Positions 1 through 10,004 of a DNA stretch of 64,000 nucleotides are shown here, piece after piece. Numbering within the stretch: position 1 is the stretch's first letter; each line of letters begins with the position of its first letter. Location: NCBI GenBank assembly GCA_026400815.1, contig JAPLOI010000006.1, positions 38,133 to 102,132 on the forward strand. Reading direction: 5' to 3'. Made by a program: the position numbers and the translations under genes. The notes under the pieces are model-generated. The model saw only the letters and a program-made list of their open reading frames with translations, had not been told where the DNA came from and did not search any database. Source of the stretch: Alphaproteobacteria bacterium. GTDB taxonomy: Bacteria > Pseudomonadota > Alphaproteobacteria > Acetobacterales > Acetobacteraceae.

Positions 1-502
1 CACCCTGCTGAGGGCGGTCGAGCCAGGCGGAGGCGTCGGCCTGCCAGGGGCGGGGCCAGATGCGGAAGCTGGTTTCGATCTCAAGCCGGAGTGGCGTGCC
101 GATGGAGGGCAGCCAGTCGCGCATGGTGGCGACGCCGAGGGAGGAGGCCATGGGGAAGTTGACGGCGGCGCGGGCGGTGGGGTTCGCGGCCAGGAAGGCC
201 TGGGCGGCGGGGACATCGACGGCCAGGGGCTTTTCGCAGAAGGCGGCTTTTCCAGCAGCCAGCGCGGCCTGGGCGTGGGGCAGGTGGGAGGCGGGCGGGG
301 AGGCGATGTAGATGCAGTCCGCGCTCGCGATCAGGGCCTCGGCACTGGCGGCGTGGGGGGCGGCGCTGCCGATGCGGGCCAGGGCGGTGGGGCTCGGGTC
401 CCAGATGGCGGCGACGCGCACCACGTCTGGCGCCTGGTCCAGGGCGGCGCGGAGCATGCGCTCGCCCATGATGCCGGCGCCGATGATGCCGAGAGAGATC
501 AT
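1..502 (-). CDS. Gfo/Idh/MocA family oxidoreductase (partial; the C-terminus lies outside the window)
   Basis: The reverse-complement ATG is at 502. My translation reads MISLGIIGAGIMGERMLRAALDQ...AAFCEKPLAV, which shows the Rossmann GxGxxG N-terminus and the EKP motif typical of this family. The frame stays open to the window edge. Confidence 0.7.
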   Translation of the reverse strand, partial: MISLGIIGAGIMGERMLRAALDQAPDVVRVAAIWDPSPTALARIGSAAPHAASAEALIASADCIYIASPPASHLPHAQAALAAGKAAFCEKPLAVDVPAAQAFLAANPTARAAVNFPMASSLGVATMRDWLPSIGTPLRLEIETSFRIWPRPWQADASAWLDRPQQG

Positions 503-544
503 GCGTGGGTCCCCGTGGATGAGCGCGGCCTGGATGCGGCGCTA

Positions 545-602
545 GGTCAGAACGTCTTTTTGCTTCTTTTTCTTCAGAAAAAGAAGGCGCTTGCTTGCTT
601 CC
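545..602. repeat. Solo right arm of the AT-rich palindromic repeat (family A)
   Basis: GGTCAGAACGTCTTTTTGCTTCTTTTTCTTCAGAAAAAGAAGGCGCTTGCTTGCTTCC is nearly identical to the right arms at 13575-13624 and 37711-37763. It sits in the divergent intergenic region between the oxidoreductase and rph. Confidence 0.6.
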
Positions 603-672
603 CCGCGCCGGGCTTGCGCCGCGGCGTCCGGACGGTCATGTGGTTCCCATCTCAAGAGATGGAGCCCCGACG

Positions 673-1392
673 ATGCGCCCTTCCGGCCGTGCCCTTGATG
701 CCTTGCGCGACGTGACGATCATTCCCGGGTTTTCCCATCATGCCGAGGGGTCGGTGCTGATCAAGATGGGCGGCACCGAGGTGCTGTGCGCGGCGAGCGT
801 GGAATCGCGGGTGCCGCCGTTCATGCGCAACCAGGGGCTGGGCTGGGTGACGGCGGAATACGGCATGCTGCCGCGGGCGACGCATACGCGCGGGGATCGC
901 GAGGCGGCGCGGGGCAAGCAGTCTGGCCGGACGCAGGAGATCCAGCGGCTGATCGGGCGTTCGCTGCGGGCGGTGGTGGACCGGGCGGCGCTGGGCGAGA
1001 TGACGATCACGCTGGATTGCGACGTGCTGAACGCGGATGGCGGGACGCGGTGCGCTTCGATCACCGGGGCGTGGGTGGCGTTGAACCTGGCGCTGAAGCA
1101 CCTGGTGCGGATGAATGTGCTGAAGAGTGTGCCGCTGGTGGGGCAGGTGGCGGCGGTGTCTTGCGGGTTGTACCAGGGCGAGCCGGTGCTGGACCTGGAT
1201 TATGCCGAGGACAGCGATGCCGATGCGGATGCGAATTTCGTGCTGACGGATGGCGGCGGGATCGTGGAGATCCAGGGCACGGCGGAGAAGGCGCCGTTCA
1301 GCGACGCGCAGTTCGCCGAGCTGATGCGGCTGGCGCGCGTGGGCACGGGGCGGCTGTTCGAGATGCAGCGCGCGGCGGTGGAGGCGGCCTGA
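673..1392 (+). CDS. rph: Ribonuclease PH
   Basis: The translation [44 protein letters not shown]...[19 protein letters not shown] matches RNase PH throughout. I chose the ATG at 673, inside the longer ORF that starts at 595. Confidence 0.95.
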   Translation: MRPSGRALDALRDVTIIPGFSHHAEGSVLIKMGGTEVLCAASVESRVPPFMRNQGLGWVTAEYGMLPRATHTRGDREAARGKQSGRTQEIQRLIGRSLRAVVDRAALGEMTITLDCDVLNADGGTRCASITGAWVALNLALKHLVRMNVLKSVPLVGQVAAVSCGLYQGEPVLDLDYAEDSDADADANFVLTDGGGIVEIQGTAEKAPFSDAQFAELMRLARVGTGRLFEMQRAAVEAA

Positions 1393-1991
1393 TGCGGACG
1401 CTCGCCCCTGGTGCGAAGCTGGTTCTGGCCAGCCACAACCAGGGTAAGCTGCGCGAGATCGCGGAGCTGATGGAGCCTTTGGGCGTTGCCGTCGTCTCGG
1501 CAGGCTCGCTTGGCCTGCCGGAACCTGACGAGGGCGAGGAGAGCTTCGAGGCCAATGCGCGGATCAAGGCGCTGGCGGCGGCCACGGCTTCCGGGCTGCC
1601 GGCGCTTTCGGATGATTCCGGGTTCTGCGTGGGGGCGTTGGGCGGGGCGCCCGGCGTGGTTTCCGCGTTGTGGGCTGGGCCGGGGAAGGATTTCCGACCG
1701 GCGATGGAGCGGGTGCGGCGGGAGATGGGCGAGAGTGCCGATCGGCGCGCCTGGTTCATGTGCGTGCTGTGCCTGGCTTGGCCGGACGGGCATGCCGAGT
1801 GCTTCGCGGGGCGGGTGGATGGCAGCGTGGCATGGCCGCCGCGCGGGGCGAACGGGCATGGCTATGACCCGATGTTCGTGCCGGAGGGCGGCGCGCTCAC
1901 CTATGGCGAGATGGACCAGGGGGAGAAGCACGCCACCAGCCATCGGGCGCGGGCGTTTGCCCAGCTGGTGGCGGCCTGTTTTCCCCGGTGA
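1392..1991 (+). CDS. rdgB: Non-canonical purine NTP pyrophosphatase (RdgB/HAM1 family)
   Basis: The protein reads [19 protein letters not shown]...[17 protein letters not shown]...[10 protein letters not shown]...SHRARAF. Its ATG overlaps the rph stop codon (TGATG). The rph-rdgB-hemW order is conserved synteny. Confidence 0.9.
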   Translation: MRTLAPGAKLVLASHNQGKLREIAELMEPLGVAVVSAGSLGLPEPDEGEESFEANARIKALAAATASGLPALSDDSGFCVGALGGAPGVVSALWAGPGKDFRPAMERVRREMGESADRRAWFMCVLCLAWPDGHAECFAGRVDGSVAWPPRGANGHGYDPMFVPEGGALTYGEMDQGEKHATSHRARAFAQLVAACFPR

Positions 1992-3139
1992 TGGAGCCGC
2001 TTGCGCTCTACGTGCATTGGCCGTTCTGCCTGGCGAAGTGCCCGTATTGCGACTTCAACTCCCATGTGCGTGAGCGGATCGACCAGGCGCGGTTCGCGGC
2101 GGCGCTGCGGGCGGAGCTGGCGTGGGAGGCGGCGCGGTTGGGGCGTCGGCCGTTGGCCTCGATCTTCTTTGGGGGTGGGACGCCGAGCCTGATGGCGCCG
2201 GAGACGGTGGCGGTGCTGATCGCCGATGCGCGGCGGCTGTTCGATGCCGAGGGGGAGGTGGAGATCACGCTGGAGGCGAACCCGACCAGCGTGGAGGCGG
2301 GCAGGCTGGCGGCGTTCCGGGCGGCCGGGGTGAACCGGATCTCGATGGGCATCCAGAGCCTGCGCGAGGAACCGCTGCGGGCGCTGGGGCGGCAGCATTC
2401 GGGGGCGCAGGCGGTGGCGGCGCTGGAGACGGCGCGGCGTGTGTTTCCGCGTGTGTCGTTCGACCTGATCTACGCGCGACCGGGGCAGACGCTGGCGGAT
2501 TGGCGGGCGGAGCTGCGCGAGGCCCTGGCGCTGGCGCATGACCATTTGTCGCTCTACCAGCTGACGATCGAGCCCGGCACCGCCTATGAGGCGCTGCATC
2601 GGCGCGGCGAGCTGGTGCTGCCGGACCAGGAACTGGCCGCCGCGCTGTACGAGGCGACGGCGGAGGAGGCGGCGACGTTCGGGCTGCGGGGCTACGAGAT
2701 TTCCAACTACGCGGTCCCTGGCGGGGAGAGCCGGCACAATCTGGCCTATTGGCGTTATGGCGATTACGCGGGGATCGGTCCCGGCGCGCATGGGCGGGTG
2801 AGCGTGGGCGGGCAGTTGCTGGCCACGCGGCGGCACCGGGCGCCGGAGCCCTGGGCGGAGATGGTGGAGGCGCGCGGGCATGGCACCACGCGCGAAGACC
2901 CAGTGGCGCCGGTGGAGCGGGCGCGCGAGGCGCTGCTGATGGGGTTGCGGCTGGCCGAGGGGATCGACGAGGCGCGGTTCGCGCGGCGCACCGGCGTGGC
3001 GATGGACGATGCGGTGGACGGCGATGTGCTCGCGCAGGCGATTGAGGAAGGCTACGTGGCGCGGGACGGCGGTCGGCTGGTGGCGCTGGCCGAGGGGCGG
3101 CTGCGGCTGGATGCGTTGCTGGGGGCGCTGGTTTTGTGA
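1988..3139 (+). CDS. hemW: Radical SAM heme chaperone HemW (HemN-like)
   Basis: [19 protein letters not shown] contains the CxxxCxxC radical-SAM motif, and the protein is 383 aa. The start is either the GTG at 1988 or the ATG at 1991, both overlapping the rdgB stop. Confidence 0.9.
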   Translation: MMEPLALYVHWPFCLAKCPYCDFNSHVRERIDQARFAAALRAELAWEAARLGRRPLASIFFGGGTPSLMAPETVAVLIADARRLFDAEGEVEITLEANPTSVEAGRLAAFRAAGVNRISMGIQSLREEPLRALGRQHSGAQAVAALETARRVFPRVSFDLIYARPGQTLADWRAELREALALAHDHLSLYQLTIEPGTAYEALHRRGELVLPDQELAAALYEATAEEAATFGLRGYEISNYAVPGGESRHNLAYWRYGDYAGIGPGAHGRVSVGGQLLATRRHRAPEPWAEMVEARGHGTTREDPVAPVERAREALLMGLRLAEGIDEARFARRTGVAMDDAVDGDVLAQAIEEGYVARDGGRLVALAEGRLRLDALLGALVL

Positions 3140-4368
3140 GGGCGTGGCTGGCGCTGTGGCTGCTGCTGGCGGGGCCCGCCTTCGGGCAGGCGCTGCCGGT
3201 GTTCTCGATGGATGGTCACGATGCGGTGGCGCACGGGCTGGAGCGCGGCTACCCCGTGCCCGGCTCCGCCCCGCAGGCGCGGTCGCAGCCCTTCATGGTG
3301 GGGGGCTACAGCCATTTCGATGACCTGCTGCCCTCTCGCCGCGTGCCGCGGCCGGTGGTGGCGAGCGGGCTGGGGCGGGCGGCGCGGGAGATTTCGCTTT
3401 CGTATGCGCATCGCGGGCAGCAGCAGACGGTCGAGACCTATCTGGAGCGGCATCCGGCCACCGGGCTGCTGGTGATCCGCGACGGGGTGATCCTGCTGGA
3501 GCGCTACCGCTATGGGCGGCGGGATACGCATCGGTTCACCTCCCAATCCATGGCCAAGACGGTGACGGCGATGCTGGTGGGGATCGCGGTGGCCGAGGGG
3601 AAGATCCGCTCCATCGACGATCCCGCCGGGGCGTATGTGCGGGAGTTCGCCGGCACGGAGCTGGGGCGCACGCCGGTGCGGGCGCTGTTGCAGATGGCCA
3701 GCGGGTTGGCGTTCACCGAGACGTATGACGGCACGGACGACGCGGCGCGGATGAGCCGGGAGCTGTGGCGGCCGAATGGGCCCGGGACGGCGGCGGCGGT
3801 GGCGCAGTTCAGCCAGCGGGAGGCAGAGCCGGGCACGCGCTGGCTGTATGCCGGGCGCGATACGGCGGCGCTGGGCTTGGTGCTGCAGCGGGCGACGGGG
3901 AAATCGCTGGCAGAACTGTTGGCGGTGGGGATCTGGGGGAAGATCGGGGCGGAGGCGGATGCCGCCTGGGTGATGGATGCCTCCGGCCAGGAGGCGGCGC
4001 ATTGCTGCCTCTCTGCGGTGCTGCGCGACTGGGGGCGGCTGGGGCTGCTGCTGGCGCGGGATGGGGAATGGCAGGGACGGCAGGTGGTGCCGCGCGACTG
4101 GGTGCGGGCGGCAACGACGGCCACGCCGGGGAGCTTCCTGGCGCCGGGGGCGGGTGGGCGGTTCTACGGCTACGGCTTCCAGACCTGGCTGTTGCCGGGC
4201 ACGCGGCGGCAGTTCGCGCTGCTGGGTATCCATGGGCAGACGATGCTGGTGGACCCGCAGGCCAAGCTGGTGCTGGTGCATACCGCGGTGCGGGTGCGGC
4301 CCACCGGCGATCCGACGGCGGGTGAGTTGCTCAGCCTGTGGCGGGCGCTGGTGGCGCAGGAAGGCTAG
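3136..4368 (+). CDS. Secreted serine hydrolase, beta-lactamase (class C-like) family
   Basis: The signal-like N-terminus is [19 protein letters not shown]. An SxxK motif is present ([10 protein letters not shown]). The protein is 410 aa and its GTG start overlaps the hemW stop. Confidence 0.8.
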   Translation: MRAWLALWLLLAGPAFGQALPVFSMDGHDAVAHGLERGYPVPGSAPQARSQPFMVGGYSHFDDLLPSRRVPRPVVASGLGRAAREISLSYAHRGQQQTVETYLERHPATGLLVIRDGVILLERYRYGRRDTHRFTSQSMAKTVTAMLVGIAVAEGKIRSIDDPAGAYVREFAGTELGRTPVRALLQMASGLAFTETYDGTDDAARMSRELWRPNGPGTAAAVAQFSQREAEPGTRWLYAGRDTAALGLVLQRATGKSLAELLAVGIWGKIGAEADAAWVMDASGQEAAHCCLSAVLRDWGRLGLLLARDGEWQGRQVVPRDWVRAATTATPGSFLAPGAGGRFYGYGFQTWLLPGTRRQFALLGIHGQTMLVDPQAKLVLVHTAVRVRPTGDPTAGELLSLWRALVAQEG

Positions 4369-6389
4369 GCAGCCCGCGCCTGAGGCGATGCGGCGACGTG
4401 GGCGAGGAGGGTTTCGGCCAGGGCCAGGGTTTCCGGGTTCTGGCGGAAGGCGATGGCGATCTCGTCGGCGTCCAGGCGGGCGATGCGGCCGTGCAGGACG
4501 AGATCGGGGGTGACGGAGACCGAGACATCGTCGCCCAGGCGCAGGCCTTCGGGGTTGCAGCGCAGGGCGGTGCCACCGGGGGCGACATCGGCGATGCGGG
4601 CCGGGCGGGAGGCGGGTGCGCCGCGGCGCATGGCGGCGGGGCCGGCGGCGAGGGTGACAGGCAGGTTGTGGCCGGGCAGGCGTTCCCAGGCGCGGCGTTC
4701 GCCGCGGGTGGTGTGCATGGCGGCGAGGAACTCCTCCACCTCCCCGCCCAGCGTGCCGGCGGCGCTGTTCACCTCGCGGGCGGCGGCTTCCACCTCTGCG
4801 CCGGCCTGGGTGCCGGCGGCGGCGCCGGAGACGATCTCCTCCATGACGTGGGAGATGCGGCTGGCCATCTCGGCCACGCCGGTGACGCGGCTGGCGATTT
4901 CGGCGGTGGCGCTGCCCTGTTGCTCCACCGCGCCGGCGATGGAACTGGCCACGCCCTCCACATGGTGGTTGGCGGCGAGCACGGCGGTGGCGGCGGCGGC
5001 GGAGTCTCGCACCAGGGCGCGGATGGCATCGACCTGGCCGGCGATTTCCGCGGTGGCGTTGCTGGTTTGGGTGGCGAGCTGCTTCACCTCGCTGGCCACC
5101 ACGGCGAAGCCCTTGCCGGCGTCTCCGGCGCGGGCGGCCTCGATGGTGGCGTTGAGCGCCAGCAGGTTGGTGCGGCCGGCGATGGAGGTGATGAGATCCA
5201 CCACGGTGCCGACGCGGTCGGCGGCCTGGAGCAGGGATTGCATCTGCGCGCCGGCGCGGTCGGCGTGTTCCACCGCGGCGCGGGTGGCGCTGGCGGCCTC
5301 ACTTGCGCGGTCGGCGATGCCCAGGGCGCTGGCGGAGAGTTGTTCGGTGGCGGCGGTGACGGCACCGAGGTCGCCCATGGCGGCAATGGCCTCCGCGGCG
5401 CTGCGCTCGGCATGGGTTTGGCTGCCGGCGGCGATGCCGGCCATGCCCTGCGCCAGGGTTTGCATGCCGGCGGCGGATTCGGCGAGGGCGGTGAGCACGC
5501 CGGAGATCGACTGGCCGAAATCCTGGGTGTGGCGGTCCATCGCGGCCTGGCGCCGGTCGGCGGAGGCGCGGGTGGCGGCAACGGCTCCCTGCGCGGTTTC
5601 GGCCACGCGCAGGGCTTCGCGCAGCTGGTGCATGGCGGCGACGATCTGGCCGATTTCGCCGGTGGTGTTGGTCGGCAGGCGGGCTTCGTCCAGCCGGCCC
5701 TCGGCCATGGTGCCGATGGCGGCCGTGAGGGCGTGGACCGGGCGGGCGATGGTGCGGCGGACCATCCAGACGGCGAGCGCCAGCACCAGCAGCACGGCGG
5801 TGGCGGTGGCGGCGAGCAGCGTGTTGGCCAGCGCGTTGCTTTCGGCGGACTGGGCGGCCTTCATCGCGGCGAGGGTGGTGGCGAGTTCCTCGGCCAGGCG
5901 GTCCAGGCTGTTGCTGAAGGCGGTGCGGGCGGCGCGGTTGGCATCGTTGTTGCCCAGGCGGCCGGCGGCCTCGCGGCCCTGTTCCACGCCGACGCGGGCG
6001 AGTTCTGCGCGCAGGGTGAGGAAGGCCTGCAGCGGGGCCTCGGCCTTTTCCAGCGCAAGGCGGTGCGCTTCCGGCACGGCCTGGCGCAGTTCGGCGAAGC
6101 TGGCGCGGATGTCATCGAGCCCGCGCAGCAGGTTGCGGGCGAAGCCTTCGGCCTGCTTGCGGTCGGCGGCGAGGTAGAGGCCGCGGCTTTCCATGACGAC
6201 CTGGTAGATGCCGGCGCGCAGGCGCTCGATCAGCGGGCGGCTTTCGTCGGCGCGGTCGAGGGCGGCAAGGGTGGCTTCCTGGCGCTGGGCATAGGCGAAG
6301 GTGACCCCGGCGCCGGCCATGGCGACGGTGGCGAGCAGCAGCAGCAGCGCGATGACGCGCCCCCCGATGGTGGCGGGCAGACGAAGCAT
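4365..6389 (-). CDS. Methyl-accepting chemotaxis protein with a C-terminal PilZ-like domain
   Basis: The protein has two TM segments flanking a helical sensor region, a HAMP region and the MCP signalling domain ([31 protein letters not shown]). The C-terminal ~110 aa carry RRAWER (RRxxxR) and DVAPGG (DxSxxG-like). I preferred the ATG at 6389 over the TTG at 6410. Confidence 0.85.
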   Translation of the reverse strand: MLRLPATIGGRVIALLLLLATVAMAGAGVTFAYAQRQEATLAALDRADESRPLIERLRAGIYQVVMESRGLYLAADRKQAEGFARNLLRGLDDIRASFAELRQAVPEAHRLALEKAEAPLQAFLTLRAELARVGVEQGREAAGRLGNNDANRAARTAFSNSLDRLAEELATTLAAMKAAQSAESNALANTLLAATATAVLLVLALAVWMVRRTIARPVHALTAAIGTMAEGRLDEARLPTNTTGEIGQIVAAMHQLREALRVAETAQGAVAATRASADRRQAAMDRHTQDFGQSISGVLTALAESAAGMQTLAQGMAGIAAGSQTHAERSAAEAIAAMGDLGAVTAATEQLSASALGIADRASEAASATRAAVEHADRAGAQMQSLLQAADRVGTVVDLITSIAGRTNLLALNATIEAARAGDAGKGFAVVASEVKQLATQTSNATAEIAGQVDAIRALVRDSAAAATAVLAANHHVEGVASSIAGAVEQQGSATAEIASRVTGVAEMASRISHVMEEIVSGAAAGTQAGAEVEAAAREVNSAAGTLGGEVEEFLAAMHTTRGERRAWERLPGHNLPVTLAAGPAAMRRGAPASRPARIADVAPGGTALRCNPEGLRLGDDVSVSVTPDLVLHGRIARLDADEIAIAFRQNPETLALAETLLAHVAASPQARAA

Positions 6390-6483
6390 ATGGTGGCGCC
6401 CCCGTTGCAAAACATTGCGGCGGGCGTGGAGCTACCAGTGGAACGCTAATTCGGGGTGAATATGGGCGGTATAGACGGCAACG

Positions 6484-7386
6484 TTAATCTTCCCGGCCAG
6501 TGAGGGCCAGGGCGCGGGCATAGACCTGGCGGCGCGGCAGGCCGGTGGCGGCGGTGACCTGGGCGACGGCTTCCTTGAGGCTGTGCGACGTGAGTGCGGC
6601 GCTGAGCAGGGCGTCGAGGTCGGCTTCCGGCGTTTCCTGCTCCGGCGGCGGGCCGGCGAGGATGACGATCTCGCCGCGGGCGGCGTTGGTGGCGTAGTGG
6701 GCGGCCAGTTCCGGCAGGGTGCCGCGGCGCACTTCCTCGAAGCGCTTGGTGAGTTCGCGGGCGATGGCGGCCGGGCGGTCGCCGAGGCTCTGTGCGAGGT
6801 CGGCCAGGGTTTCCGCGAGGCGGTGGGGGGCTTCGTACCAGATGAGGGTCGCCGAGAGGCCGGCGCGTTCGGCGCCGCGCAGCGCGGTGAAGGCGGCCAG
6901 CCGGGCGGCCTGGCGCGGTGGCGGGAAGCCGAGGAACAGGAACGGGTGCGGCGGCAGGCCGGAGAGGGTGAGGGCCAGCAGGGCGGCGTTGGCGCCGGGG
7001 ATGCCGGAGACGGGCAGGCCCTCGGCGATGGCGGCGCGGACGAGGCGGTAGCCGGGGTCGCTGACCAGGGGCGTGCCGGCATCGGAGACCAGGGCGATGC
7101 GCTTGCCCTCCCGCAGCAGGGCGAGCACCTGGGTGGTGCGGCCATCCTCGTTGTGCTCGTGCAACGCCATGGTGCGGGCGGAGACGCCGTGGGCGGTGAG
7201 CAGGCGCGCGGTGGTGCGGGTATCCTCGCACAGCACGAGGTCGGCCGAGCGCAGGGCGCTGAGCGCGCGGGCGGAGATGTCGGCAAGGTTGCCGATCGGC
7301 GTCGAAACCAGCACAAGTCCGCGGGGCACGCCTGGGGCGGGCTCCGGCGTGGTATCGTCGTTGGTAGGTGGGCAGGAGGTGGGCAT
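6484..7386 (-). CDS. rsmI: 16S rRNA (cytidine1402-2'-O)-methyltransferase
   Basis: LVLVSTPIGNLADISARALSALRSADLVLCEDTR...VSDAGTPLVSDPGYRLV is the tetrapyrrole-methylase fold typical of RsmI. The start could instead be the in-frame GTG at 7329. Confidence 0.9.
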   Translation of the reverse strand: MPTSCPPTNDDTTPEPAPGVPRGLVLVSTPIGNLADISARALSALRSADLVLCEDTRTTARLLTAHGVSARTMALHEHNEDGRTTQVLALLREGKRIALVSDAGTPLVSDPGYRLVRAAIAEGLPVSGIPGANAALLALTLSGLPPHPFLFLGFPPPRQAARLAAFTALRGAERAGLSATLIWYEAPHRLAETLADLAQSLGDRPAAIARELTKRFEEVRRGTLPELAAHYATNAARGEIVILAGPPPEQETPEADLDALLSAALTSHSLKEAVAQVTAATGLPRRQVYARALALTGRED

Positions 7387-8644
7387 GTTTCGTCGTGCAT
7401 TCGCGCTGGCGCTTGGCACGCTAGCACTCGCGGCCTGCGCTGTATCGCCCGAGCCTGCATCGCAGCGGCCCGCGGCGGTGGTGCGGCCGGTGGTGCCGGT
7501 GGGCACGCCTTCCACGGTGGCCCCGCCGGGGCGTGCGGTGGCGCTGCTGGCGCCGCTGTCTGGCCCCAATGCGGAACGTGGCCGCGCGCTGGCACAGGCG
7601 GCGCAGCTGGCGCTTTCGGCGCCCGGCTCACCGCCGCTTGATGTGCGGGATACCGGCGGCACGGCGCAGGGGGCGGCCCAGGCGGCACAGGCGGCGCTGG
7701 CGGCCGGCGCCGGGATCATCCTGGGGCCGCTGACGGCGGCGGAAACCGCGGCGGTGGCGCCGGCGGCGCGGGCGGCGGGGGTGGCGGTGCTGGCCTTCAC
7801 CACCGATCCCGCGCAGTCGCAGCAGGGCGTGTGGGTGCTGGGCATCACGCCGGCGCAGCAGGTGCGGCGCCTGGTGGCAGCGGCCTCTGCGCAGGGCAAG
7901 ACGAAGTTCGCGGCCGTGCTGCCGGAAGGCGATTTCGGCAAGGCCATGGCCGATGCGCTCGCGGGCGCCGTGTCCTCCGCCGGGCTGGCGGCGCCGGACA
8001 TCAGGTTCCATGACGGCACCACGGCTTCCATCAACACGACGATGCGCGAGGTGGCCAATTACGGCGCGCGGCGCGGGCCGGTGGATGCGCAGATCCGCGC
8101 GGCCCGGGCCACGCGCACGGCCGAGGGGCGCAAGAAGGCCGAGGAGCTCGGCCGCACGCCGATCCCGCCGGCGCCGATGGACGCGCTGCTGCTGGCCGAT
8201 GTCGGCGAGAAGCTGGGCACGATCGCGAGCCTGCTGCCGTACTACGACCTTGATCCGCCGGCGGTGCGGGTGATGGGCCCGGCGCTGTGGGCGGCACCGG
8301 CCTCGCGGTCTGACGCGGAGATGCCGGGGGCGTGGTTCGCCGCGCCGGATCCCGGGGCGCGCGAGGTGTTCGACGGGCAATACAAGGCGCAGTCCGGGTC
8401 GCCGGCGCCGGGGTTGGCAGATTTCGCCTATGATGCCGCTTCCATCGCGCGGGTGCTGGCGGCCGAGGGCGGGTATTCCGCCGCGGCGCTGACGCGGCCG
8501 GAGGGGTTTGCGGGGGTGAACGGCGTGCTGGCGCTGCAGCCGGATGGCACGGTGCGGCGCGGGCTGGCGTTGTTCGAGATTCGCCGCGGCGGGGCCGAAA
8601 TCGTGGAGCCGGCCCCGGCCGCGGTGGGGACGCCGGGCACCTGA
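7385..8644 (+). CDS. Lipoprotein of the periplasmic-binding-protein fold, LpoA/LppC-like penicillin-binding protein activator
   Basis: The N-terminus is a lipoprotein signal (MFRRAFALALGTLALAAC). The body resembles type-I periplasmic binding proteins. The gene is divergent from rsmI, as yraL/yraM (rsmI/lpoA) are in E. coli. Confidence 0.75.
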   Translation: MFRRAFALALGTLALAACAVSPEPASQRPAAVVRPVVPVGTPSTVAPPGRAVALLAPLSGPNAERGRALAQAAQLALSAPGSPPLDVRDTGGTAQGAAQAAQAALAAGAGIILGPLTAAETAAVAPAARAAGVAVLAFTTDPAQSQQGVWVLGITPAQQVRRLVAAASAQGKTKFAAVLPEGDFGKAMADALAGAVSSAGLAAPDIRFHDGTTASINTTMREVANYGARRGPVDAQIRAARATRTAEGRKKAEELGRTPIPPAPMDALLLADVGEKLGTIASLLPYYDLDPPAVRVMGPALWAAPASRSDAEMPGAWFAAPDPGAREVFDGQYKAQSGSPAPGLADFAYDAASIARVLAAEGGYSAAALTRPEGFAGVNGVLALQPDGTVRRGLALFEIRRGGAEIVEPAPAAVGTPGT

Positions 8645-8663
8645 CCCCCCGGGATCGCACGGC

Positions 8664-9995
8664 ATGACCGGCATGGCCTGGCTGGCGGCGAGCGCCGTGC
8701 TGGCGGTGGTGCCGGTGGGCGTTCTGGCCGTACTGGTCCTGGGCGGCGCGCTCGCGCTGCTGCCGGCGGTGGCAGGCGGGCTGGTGGTGGTGGCTGCTGC
8801 GATGGTGGCGGCTGCCTTGGTGCAACGCGATCTGGGCCGGCTGCACGCGGCGCTGGACCAGGTGGAGGCGAGCGGGCAGGGCGACGGGGCCGATCCGCGC
8901 CTTCTGCCGCTCGCCGCCCTGTCGCGGCGGATTGCGCGGATTGCGCGGGCGCGCACGCGGCGGGCGGAGGAGCTTTCGGCCGCGCTGGGCGCCAGCGAGG
9001 CGATCATCGAGCGGCTGCCGGACCCGTTGATCGCGCTGGATGCCGCGCGTGCGGCCGGGCGGGCCAATGCGGCGGCGCGGGCGGCGTTCGGCGCCGATGT
9101 GCCGGCGGTGCTGCGCCACCCCTTGCTGCGCGAGGCGATCGACGCCGCGTGGCGCGAGCGCGTGGCGCAGACCGCGGAACTGAAGCTGGCGGTGCCGGTG
9201 GCGCGTGAGCTGCATGCCACCGTGATCCCGTTCGAAACGCGGCTGCCGGACGGGACGCAGGCGCTTGTGGTGCTGTCCGACCGCACGCGGGAGCGCGCAG
9301 TGGAGCAGATGCGGGCGGATTTCGTGACCAATGCCAGCCACGAGCTGCGCACGCCGCTGGCCAGCCTGATGGGCTTCGTGGAGACGCTGCGCGGCCCGGC
9401 GGCGGATGATCCGCCGGCGCAGCAACGCTTCCTGGGGATCATGGCCGAGCAGGCGGCGCGGATGGCCCGGCTGATCGACGACCTGCTGAGCCTGTCGCGC
9501 ATCGAACTGACCGAGCACTCCCCGCCGGCGGAGCGGATCGACCTCAGCGCGCTGATGGGGCGGGCGCTGGCGGCGTTTGAAGTGCGGCTGGCGGAGCGGC
9601 GGCAGCGCCTGGCGGTGGAGATCGCGCCCGGGCTGCCGGCGGTGGTGGCGGATGCCGACCAGATGGCGCAGGTGCTGACCAATTTGGTGGACAACGCGAT
9701 GAAATACGGCCGTGAGGGCAGCACGGTTTCGGTTTCGCTGCAGCCGGCGGCCAACGGCGTGGTGCTTTCGGTGCGCGATGACGGGCCCGGGATTGCGCGC
9801 ATTCACCTGCCGCGGCTGACCGAGCGGTTCTACCGCGTGGACAAGGCACGCAGCCGCGGGGCCGGCGGCACCGGGCTGGGGCTGGCCATCGTGAAGCACA
9901 TCGTGAACCGGCATCGTGGCCGGCTGTTGATCGAGAGCGATGAGGGGCAGGGGGCGGTGTTCTCCGTGTTCCTGCCTGCCTCGCAGGATGCCTGA
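8664..9995 (+). CDS. phoR: Sensor histidine kinase, PhoR-like
   Basis: The protein has N-terminal TM segments, the H-box FVTNASHELRTPLASLMGFVETLRG, the segment FLGIMAEQAARMARLIDDLLSLSRIE, and N/G boxes (NLVDNAMKYG, GTGLGLAIVKH). No response regulator gene is adjacent. Confidence 0.7.
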   Translation: MTGMAWLAASAVLAVVPVGVLAVLVLGGALALLPAVAGGLVVVAAAMVAAALVQRDLGRLHAALDQVEASGQGDGADPRLLPLAALSRRIARIARARTRRAEELSAALGASEAIIERLPDPLIALDAARAAGRANAAARAAFGADVPAVLRHPLLREAIDAAWRERVAQTAELKLAVPVARELHATVIPFETRLPDGTQALVVLSDRTRERAVEQMRADFVTNASHELRTPLASLMGFVETLRGPAADDPPAQQRFLGIMAEQAARMARLIDDLLSLSRIELTEHSPPAERIDLSALMGRALAAFEVRLAERRQRLAVEIAPGLPAVVADADQMAQVLTNLVDNAMKYGREGSTVSVSLQPAANGVVLSVRDDGPGIARIHLPRLTERFYRVDKARSRGAGGTGLGLAIVKHIVNRHRGRLLIESDEGQGAVFSVFLPASQDA

Positions 9996-10004
9996 GGAGC
10001 GGAC

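Noticed and set aside
4365-4368. The convergent serine hydrolase and MCP genes share a palindromic CTAG, so both strands use overlapping TAG stops.
   Set aside because: The overlap is real but trivial. A 4-nt convergent overlap is common in compact genomes and needs no special explanation.
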